In this document: positions 1-4,937 of the stretch, one piece after another
How positions within the stretch are numbered: position 1 is the first letter of the stretch
How the letters are laid out: each line of letters starts with the position of its first letter
DNA from: a virus
Taxonomy: Duplodnaviria > Heunggongvirae > Uroviricota > Caudoviricetes
IMG/VR virus record: IMGVR_UViG_2548876937_000011
Coordinates: 1 to 6,743 of that record
Direction: 5' to 3' (one strand)
DNA length: 6,743 nucleotides
Notes under the pieces: model-generated
Told to the model about the DNA's origin: nothing
The model's database searches: none
Seen by the model: only the letters and a program-made list of their open reading frames with translations
Program-made: the position numbers and the translations under genes

Positions 1-419
1 CTGGGGTCGAGTCCGAGCATTGCCCCCGTGCTGCTCATCTCGGACTCCTGTTCTTTCTTGGCGGTCAGCTCCGGGTTTTTGACCATACCGCCCATTGCAC
101 CGGTAATGGTGTTGCCCTGGCTGGCAATATTTTTCACGGCACGTCGCCAGAACTCATAGGCCACGCACCACCGCTCAAGCACCGCGAGGTCAGTCACGCA
201 CAGCAGGCCCTGACCGCAGAGTTCTTTGGTTGTCAGTTGCCACATGATCGTGGCGAGAGGGAGATCTTCTTCAGCGAACCACTCCGGTGGCTCAACACCT
301 TTGATGGGCGTAAAAACAGGTTCATCTTTATTCAGGGCTCGCTTGCCGGGGTTTCCGGCCAGCGCCTTGCGCGCCGTTGGCTTGGGGCGACGCCCGGAAC
401 GCCCCGCCGTTCCAGCCAT
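1..419 (-). CDS. Phage terminase small subunit, P27 family (partial; C-terminus lies beyond the left window edge)
   Basis: Minus-strand frame is open from an ATG at 419-417 to position 1; I hand-translated the start (MAGTAGRSGRRPKPTARKAL...) and the last 60 nt (...KKEQESEMSSTGAMLGLDP) and checked for in-frame stops. The N-terminal RPKPT...GNPGKR motif is what I recall for P27-family small terminases. AGGAG lies 8 nt upstream of the ATG (complement of about 427-431). Not in the ORF track because it runs off the edge. Confidence 0.8.
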   Translation of the reverse strand, partial: MAGTAGRSGRRPKPTARKALAGNPGKRALNKDEPVFTPIKGVEPPEWFAEEDLPLATIMWQLTTKELCGQGLLCVTDLAVLERWCVAYEFWRRAVKNIASQGNTITGAMGGMVKNPELTAKKEQESEMSSTGAMLGLDP

Positions 420-544
420 ATGCGGCACTCCTGGTTAAATTTCATTTTTCGCGGGTATAAAAAAACGATGGGGCGGGCAGTCCGGAAGACGTCAGGTCAC
501 AGAGATTTGACCCGCCCCTCCCCTCAGACAGTTGAGAGTTATTA
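420..544. other. HNH-TerS intergenic region with G/C-rich inverted repeat (GGGGCGGG at 470-477, CCCGCCCC at 511-518); candidate cos/packaging site
   Basis: The inverted 8-mers, 33 bp apart, are seen directly. Their position between an HNH gene and the small terminase gene matches where HK97-like phages place cos. GGGGCGGGCAG loosely resembles the G/C-rich lambda-type cohesive end, but it is not an exact match to any cos I can recall. Confidence 0.3.
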
Positions 545-895
545 TCACTTAAGCCGTTCACGGGCCGTCTTCGCCTTATGACACGGCCAGCACAGACTCT
601 GCAGATTACTGTCGGCATCAGTGCCGCCATGTGCTTTAGGGATGATGTGGTCAACGGTTTTCGCTTCACGCGCCACACCAGCACGCAGACATAACTGACA
701 CAGGCCTTTGTCACGTTGCAGCACACGCGCGCGGATAGCGTCCCACTTAGAACCATAACCGCGCTGATGACGGGATTGTCCTGACTTGTATTGCTTCCAG
801 CCTTCGCTTTTGTGGCTTTCGCAGTAGCCTGACGGGTCTGTCGTGGTATTACGGCAGCCGCGAACGCGGCAGGATTTTGGAGTTCGAGGGGGCAT
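545..895 (-). CDS. Phage-associated HNH endonuclease (packaging-associated)
   Basis: 116-aa ORF with ATG at 895-893 and AGGA upstream. Contains a Cys-rich N-terminus and the HNH core ...DHIIPKAHGG...NLQSLCWPCH... It lies immediately upstream of the terminase small subunit gene, as in HK97-like phages. Confidence 0.9.
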   Translation of the reverse strand: MPPRTPKSCRVRGCRNTTTDPSGYCESHKSEGWKQYKSGQSRHQRGYGSKWDAIRARVLQRDKGLCQLCLRAGVAREAKTVDHIIPKAHGGTDADSNLQSLCWPCHKAKTARERLK

Positions 896-921
896 AAATA
901 TATTCCTGTTCTTTGTCCGGA

Positions 922-1194
922 CTATTTGCCTGCTGCCAGCAAAGCGTTACGGCGCATATCGATACTTCGAATCCCCGCTTTGTCAATATTGCATTGTCCC
1001 AACGCCGAAAGCAGGCTCACATTCAGATCCAGACTGGCCCCATAGGTCAGCGGCTCGGGAATGACTGGCTGGGGAGTTTCAGTAGTCAGGCTTGCTGGCA
1101 ACGGTACCGCCGGAATCGGTACGTAAACTGTTCGCGTACTTCCGCAACCGGTCAGCAGCGGCAGCAGGCACATGACGTGAAGCACAATCATCAT
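922..1194 (-). CDS. Rz1-like o-spanin (outer-membrane lipoprotein), overlapping the 3' end of the Rz gene in the +1 frame
   Basis: Internal ATG at 1194-1192 (second ATG at 1191-1189) within the 922..1422 ORF gives MMIVLHVMCLLPLLTGC...: a hydrophobic signal peptide with lipobox LLTGC, followed by a proline-rich mature region. Start choice (1194 vs 1191) is uncertain. Confidence 0.6.
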   Translation of the reverse strand: MMIVLHVMCLLPLLTGCGSTRTVYVPIPAVPLPASLTTETPQPVIPEPLTYGASLDLNVSLLSALGQCNIDKAGIRSIDMRRNALLAAGK

Positions 1195-1471
1195 CCGCAA
1201 CAGCCACTTTGATATCTTCCTGGGTTCTCTGTGACTCCAGTGCGATCTGCTGTTTTGCATGCTGGTTAGCCTCCAGTACTGTATTGACGATTTGCAGTGA
1301 TTGCAGGATGTTATTGGTAATGGCAGTTGCCAATTTGGCATTTTGTACAGCCTCATCAGCACGTTTCTTTTCGTACTGATATTTGCTGTAGTAGTGGTTG
1401 GCTGACCAGATGAAAGAACCAATGACAGTAACGAAGAAAGCAGAGATAACCAGCTTATAGCTCAACTTCAT
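1079..1471 (-). CDS. Rz-like i-spanin (inner-membrane spanin subunit)
   Basis: 130-aa ORF with ATG at 1471-1469 that overlaps the 3' end of the endolysin gene by 17 nt. It has an N-terminal transmembrane helix (LVISAFFVTVIGSFIW) followed by a charged, coiled-coil-like periplasmic region, and sits directly after the endolysin. Only weak resemblance to lambda Rz as I recall it. Confidence 0.6.
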   Translation of the reverse strand: MKLSYKLVISAFFVTVIGSFIWSANHYYSKYQYEKKRADEAVQNAKLATAITNNILQSLQIVNTVLEANQHAKQQIALESQRTQEDIKVAVADDDCASRHVPAAAADRLRKYANSLRTDSGGTVASKPDY

Positions 1472-1931
1472 TTACCACCCCACCAGCCTCTTTAAACCGG
1501 GAAATCAGGTCGCCAATTTTATGTTCATACTGACCGTAACCTGCACCAGGTAAAGACGCCCAGATATTGCTGCAACGGTCGATTGCCTGACGAATATTGC
1601 CGCGATCAATCATCGGTAAAGCGCCACGCTCTTTAATCTGCTGTAATGCCACTGAGTCCTGGCTTCTGGGAGAGAAGTCTTTCAGCTCAAGCTGCTTGCG
1701 GTAAGCATCCCACCAACGTGAAAGAAGTTGATAACGGCCTGCAGCTGTTGATTTGAGTTTCGGGTTTAGCGTGACAAGTTTGCGAGGGTGATCGGAGTAA
1801 TCAGTGAAGAGTTCGCCACCGACAATAACGTCATAACCGTGGTTACGTGTCGGTTGTCGCCCGTTATCCGTTCCTTCTGACCATGCCACCATATCGAGGA
1901 AAGCTTTACGCTGGGAATTTAGTACCTGCAT
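1455..1931 (-). CDS. R: Endolysin, lambda R-type lytic transglycosylase
   Basis: 158 aa, the same length as lambda R, and very similar to it as I recall the sequence (..NQRKAFLDM.AWSEGTDNGRQ.TRNHGYDVIVGGELFTDYSDHPRKLVTLNPKLKST.AGRYQLLSRWWDAYRKQL.LKDFSP.SQD.VALQQIKERGALPMIDRG.IRQAIDRCSNIWASLPGAGYGQ.EHK...). ATG at 1931-1929 with AGGAG upstream. Confidence 0.9.
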   Translation of the reverse strand: MQVLNSQRKAFLDMVAWSEGTDNGRQPTRNHGYDVIVGGELFTDYSDHPRKLVTLNPKLKSTAAGRYQLLSRWWDAYRKQLELKDFSPRSQDSVALQQIKERGALPMIDRGNIRQAIDRCSNIWASLPGAGYGQYEHKIGDLISRFKEAGGVVNEVEL

Positions 1932-1934
1932 AAA

Positions 1935-2261
1935 TTACTCCTTAGAGCCACCAAACTTATTACCGATTACTCTCATTGCAGCCCCACGAATAGCATCGAC
2001 CCCGATCAGCCCAACGCCGCCACCAATGGCAACAGAAAGAGATTTAGGCCATCCGACATACTCAAGAGCGGATGCAAAAGTCAGTGTCAGGGCGCCACAG
2101 AGAAAAATCTCGAGCGTTTTTCGCTTCCAGCCACCACCACCGCCAAAATAGGCAATGCGCAAGCCAGCCATAACGATCGACATAATTACTGCGCCCAGTG
2201 GTGTGTCTCCACGCCACCAGCTCTGGAACAACTCCAGCCAGGTATTTGGGTTATGAGGCAT
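1935..2261 (-). CDS. Putative holin (three predicted TM helices), not lambda S-like
   Basis: 108-aa ORF whose stop (1937-1935) lies 3 nt before the endolysin start. Three hydrophobic segments (LGAVIMSIVMAGLRIAYF, LEIFLCGALTLTFASALEYVGW, LSVAIGGGVGLIGVDAI) and a charged C-terminal tail. Position and topology fit a class I holin; I do not recognise the sequence as lambda S. Confidence 0.65.
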   Translation of the reverse strand: MPHNPNTWLELFQSWWRGDTPLGAVIMSIVMAGLRIAYFGGGGGWKRKTLEIFLCGALTLTFASALEYVGWPKSLSVAIGGGVGLIGVDAIRGAAMRVIGNKFGGSKE

Positions 2262-2412
2262 TTGTAGTTATCTCTCACCTCGCTGAAACAGCAGGTGCAA
2301 ATTGAGGGAACATCATGTACCGCAAATCAGAAGCGGAAACGTCAAAGAAGCCGAACCAATGGATAACTGCGGAATAGGCCTAGACCAACGAATCCCCAGC
2401 CCCAGAAACGAC

Positions 2413-2435
2413 AAAACCCGCTCGATGGCGGGTTT
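2413..2435 (-). terminator. Rho-independent terminator (minus-strand orientation); candidate tR'-like late terminator upstream of the holin
   Basis: Perfect inverted repeat AAACCCGC (2414-2421) / GCGGGTTT (2428-2435) with 6-nt loop. On the minus-strand RNA the stem is followed by UUUUGUCGUUUCU. On the + strand the tail is weaker (UUUAAGCU). Confidence 0.5.
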
Positions 2436-2469
2436 AAGCTGTGTGGCGAAGTAACCACTCTTAACACGA

Positions 2470-2553
2470 TACAATTTTTTTTGCGTACGCGTTAGTTTTT
2501 TATTACTTTACTTTTTGATACTATCGGCGTGGTTACAAACAAGGAGAACAGCA
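2470..2553 (+). promoter_or_regulatory. AT-rich candidate promoter region and RBS for the + strand cassette (may also hold a divergent minus-strand late promoter)
   Basis: A/T tracts and several weak -35/-10-like hexamers (e.g. TTGCGT at 2481-2486; TACTTT/TATTAC/GATACT between 2501 and 2522), none with good spacing. Strong SD AAGGAG at 2541-2546, 7 nt before the ATG at 2554. Exact promoter elements could not be fixed by eye. Confidence 0.25.
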
Positions 2554-2817
2554 ATGAGTAACTACTTGGAAGTTAAGAGAAAAATTGGTCAATATGCATG
2601 TGTTACTCGGTGGGGTTTTCCCTGTGCCGAGCGTGAAATCACTTTGATACAAAATGACATTAACTCCGCGATTCAAAGTGGTAAAGTTATAAGTCGTAGC
2701 ATGCTCCAAGGCATTATCAGCCGTCATGTTCCCAATACCCATTTCTTAATCACCGACAGTGTGGACAACTCTGATCTTAACACTGCATTAAGAATGCTGG
2801 CGCCAAAACAAAAATGA
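2554..2817 (+). CDS. Hypothetical 87-aa protein, first gene of the AT-rich cassette (function unknown)
   Basis: ATG at 2554 preceded by AAGGAG. Stop TGA at 2815-2817 overlaps the ATG of the next gene (ATGA). The ORF-track version 2515..2817 begins at a TTG with no RBS. No recognisable motif. Confidence 0.7.
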   Translation: MSNYLEVKRKIGQYACVTRWGFPCAEREITLIQNDINSAIQSGKVISRSMLQGIISRHVPNTHFLITDSVDNSDLNTALRMLAPKQK

Positions 2818-3554
2818 ATAATGATGTGTTTCAGATCAGCCCCGACGAAGTAACGTCGGAGCTGATTTCTGCAAAGGAAAGATTTTTACGTGGTATTCAG
2901 CCATACTTGTGTAATGGTATATCAAACCTTGCTGACCTACATGAAATTCAGCAGCATGCTTCAAAATATTTTAATACCGCTGTTAAATTAGTTCAAAAAG
3001 TAGATTTATGTAAACTGGATGACAATAAGACATTTGCCATTTCCTTAGTTGGAGACTGTCGAGCGGTTCTGGAAACTTATTTAGAATACTACGACATGAT
3101 GGTGTCAAACATTAAATGCCTAGAAATTGATCCAAACAATATTGTACTGTATAGCAAAGATGGTCTATCAAACCTCCAAAGAATCATTAAAAAGTATTCA
3201 TCAAAAGATATTTACACACCTATTATTGCTGAATTTGAGTCTCGAAATTTGCCAATCGATGGATTTACTATAGGCACACCAATGAATTGGAAATTAATTG
3301 TCACTGCCATTATTGGATTTTTAAGTTTTTGTATTTTTTTATCAATTACGCTGCTAATCCCAGATTTAAATGAATTTCAAAAGAAAATGATTTTCTCTTT
3401 ATATTTCATGAGCGCGGCCGTTGGAATCTCGCCATTCATTGCAAATAATATAAAGGTCAATGGGAAGATGGCATTTCGTGGTTCGGAATTCAAAGTATCT
3501 GCTGTTGGTGGTTTAGCAGCATTGATTGTTTCTTTCATCATCCAAGTAATTTAG
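2814..3554 (+). CDS. Hypothetical 246-aa membrane protein (soluble N-terminal domain plus C-terminal TM helices); candidate effector of the cassette
   Basis: ATG at 2814 overlaps the upstream stop. About 170 N-terminal residues are hydrophilic, followed by hydrophobic segments WKLIVTAIIGFLSFCIFLSITLLIP, MIFSLYFMSAAVGISPFIANNI and VSAVGGLAALIVSFIIQVI at the extreme C-terminus. Low GC. No recognisable catalytic motif. Confidence 0.75.
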   Translation: MNNDVFQISPDEVTSELISAKERFLRGIQPYLCNGISNLADLHEIQQHASKYFNTAVKLVQKVDLCKLDDNKTFAISLVGDCRAVLETYLEYYDMMVSNIKCLEIDPNNIVLYSKDGLSNLQRIIKKYSSKDIYTPIIAEFESRNLPIDGFTIGTPMNWKLIVTAIIGFLSFCIFLSITLLIPDLNEFQKKMIFSLYFMSAAVGISPFIANNIKVNGKMAFRGSEFKVSAVGGLAALIVSFIIQVI

Positions 3555-3556
3555 CA

Positions 3557-3576
3557 AAGAGGCCCTAAGGCCTCTT
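3557..3576. terminator. GC-rich hairpin between the convergent cassette and Q genes; possible bidirectional terminator
   Basis: Perfect 8-bp stem AAGAGGCC / GGCCTCTT with 4-nt loop CTAA, between the cassette stop (3552-3554) and the Q stop (3583-3581). The U-tract is weak in both orientations, so termination efficiency is uncertain. Confidence 0.5.
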
Positions 3577-3580
3577 ATAA

Positions 3581-3922
3581 TCATAGCATTGATAGCACAC
3601 CACTAACAAAACCTAATGCTGTTTGCATATCTTTTCTAATTGTCCCATCAGAACACTTACGCTTCTTCGCAATGGTGCGTAATGAAATACCAATAACAAA
3701 GTGGGCAATAACTAACTCATATTCTTCTTGTTTATATTTACGTAACCGTGCGACACAACCGTCTATCATGATACCTTCATCATCATCACACTGGAGGCGA
3801 GACTTTTTACCGTGTGGTAAAAGCCCCTTGAAGCCTGCTGCTACCGGCTGCCAGTCCACACCACTGTTGTCTGCTGCAGCCCATGCACCCCAGCGGTCCA
3901 ATACTTCATACATATCACGCAT
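3581..3922 (-). CDS. Late-gene antitermination protein Q (QuuD-like, Phage_antitermQ family)
   Basis: The N-terminus MRDMYEVLDRWGAWAA...AAGFKGL...SR.QCDDD...I.GC.ARL.K matches what I recall of E. coli QuuD-type Q proteins. The track ORF starts at a GTG (3937); I prefer the ATG at 3922-3920, which has GGAG 8 nt upstream and aligns with the QuuD N-terminus. Confidence 0.8.
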   Translation of the reverse strand: MRDMYEVLDRWGAWAAADNSGVDWQPVAAGFKGLLPHGKKSRLQCDDDEGIMIDGCVARLRKYKQEEYELVIAHFVIGISLRTIAKKRKCSDGTIRKDMQTALGFVSGVLSML

Positions 3923-3940
3923 CAACTTACTCCACAAAAA

Positions 3941-4936
3941 TCAGGCCAGCACGCCTATTGCCAGCGCACGATCGATAAAACGAAATATCAGCTCCAGCTG
4001 GGAGCCATACTTCTCTTCAAATGCCACGGTATCCGCATGCAGCTCGTCGTGATGCTTTCTGCACAAAGGCAACACAAAGAGGTCATGCGCTTTTGTACCC
4101 ATTCCACCCTGACCGTGGCCTATCAGGTGGTGGGGATCATCAGCAGGCTTTCCACAACATGCACACGGCTGTGTCTTAACCCAGCGCGTGTACTTTTCAT
4201 TAACCCAGCGGCGGCGTTTTGGGCGTAACATAAAAGACTCCGGCGACTCCGGATCCACTTTCAGCGCCAGCACCTTTTTCGCTTTATCCTGGATGATGCT
4301 GGTGGCAGGAACCGAAGGCACAAGGTCACTTTCCCGAGTGACAGACGGCACAACAGGTTTCGGTAATCTCAGTGCCTTACGGGCTGCGCTTTCAGGTAAG
4401 GCATCCGCCAGGTCATTACGAATCAGCCACCAGCACAGTTCCGGCATTGTCACGGCATGGTTATCATCAAAACCGAGATCCCGACGGACTACAGACAACA
4501 CCCAGCGGGCACAGTTATCCGTTGCCATTGATTCCAGCCGTTCCGTGAACTGATCGCGCAGCTGGTTATCGCAGTGCCAGCACAGACGGATTGCGCCCGG
4601 AGCGTGTCGCATTGTTGTCATGTTCTCGCTGTGCCAGTCGGAATGAGGCCACTGGCAGCCTTTTTCACGAAGTAACCAGCTTTCAAGACATTCCACGCCA
4701 CCAGCACGACGGATCACTGCCTCATTGCGGAACACGGCCCGAACGGCAGGATCATCCGCCAGCGGTTGTGATGCCGCCGGAACGGCACCACTGGCGAAAG
4801 ATGAATAACGTTCCGGCTCAGGCTCCAGCAGGACACGTCCCTGCATAAACAGGGGCATCAGCTCTGAACCTGGCCTGAACAATACGATCCCCATACGCGG
4901 GGCAATTTCAGGGGTCAGTAGTGCTCTCACGGTCAC
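3941..4936 (-). CDS. DUF968-family prophage protein (YdfU-like) with C-terminal HNH-like Cys/His cluster
   Basis: 331-aa ORF. C-terminus has CACCGKPADDPHHLIGHGQGGMGTKAHDLFVLPLCRKHHDELH, which I recall as typical of DUF968 proteins found upstream of Q in E. coli lambdoid prophages. Start is uncertain: GTG at 4936 (1 nt after the upstream stop) or ATG at 4894; neither has a clear SD. Confidence 0.7.
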   Translation of the reverse strand: MTVRALLTPEIAPRMGIVLFRPGSELMPLFMQGRVLLEPEPERYSSFASGAVPAASQPLADDPAVRAVFRNEAVIRRAGGVECLESWLLREKGCQWPHSDWHSENMTTMRHAPGAIRLCWHCDNQLRDQFTERLESMATDNCARWVLSVVRRDLGFDDNHAVTMPELCWWLIRNDLADALPESAARKALRLPKPVVPSVTRESDLVPSVPATSIIQDKAKKVLALKVDPESPESFMLRPKRRRWVNEKYTRWVKTQPCACCGKPADDPHHLIGHGQGGMGTKAHDLFVLPLCRKHHDELHADTVAFEEKYGSQLELIFRFIDRALAIGVLA

Positions 4937-4937
4937 C

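Noticed and set aside
470-480. GGGGCGGGCAG as an exact lambda-type cohesive-end sequence
   Set aside because: It only resembles the lambda 12-nt cohesive end (GGGCGGCGACCT) and is not identical. I keep it as a candidate cos element, not a confirmed one.
226-581. Plus-strand ORFs 226..438 and 237..581 across the terminase gene and the intergenic region
   Set aside because: They overlap the well-supported terminase small subunit gene on the opposite strand, have Arg/Gly/Ala-rich low-complexity translations typical of GC-rich antisense frames, and no RBS.
442-756. 104-aa minus-strand ORF overlapping the HNH gene
   Set aside because: An alternative frame of the HNH gene region; the HNH frame carries the conserved catalytic motif, this one carries nothing recognisable.
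843-1212. Plus-strand ORFs 843..1064 and 913..1212 opposite the HNH and spanin genes
   Set aside because: Antisense to the HNH and spanin genes with no RBS or recognisable features; the lysis genes account for this DNA.
922-1422. 166-aa minus-strand ORF taken as one protein
   Set aside because: Its upstream half overlaps the Rz-like gene in another frame and has no start signal. Only the downstream part from the internal ATG (1194) encodes a plausible signal peptide and lipobox.
2533-2742. 69-aa minus-strand ORF antisense to the first cassette gene
   Set aside because: Entirely overlapped by the better-supported + strand gene; no RBS; probably a shadow ORF of AT-rich coding sequence.
2515-2817. 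Track ORF starting at TTG 2515 (100 aa) for the first cassette gene
   Set aside because: The in-frame ATG at 2554 has a near-consensus SD (AAGGAG) at ideal spacing. The TTG start would place the RBS inside the coding region and has no SD of its own.
3672-4848. Plus-strand ORFs 3672..4052, 4037..4228, 4188..4553, 4591..4848 opposite Q and the DUF968 gene
   Set aside because: All lie antisense to the long DUF968/Q genes in GC-rich DNA, where spurious open frames are common; their translations are Ser/Arg/Ala-rich low complexity.
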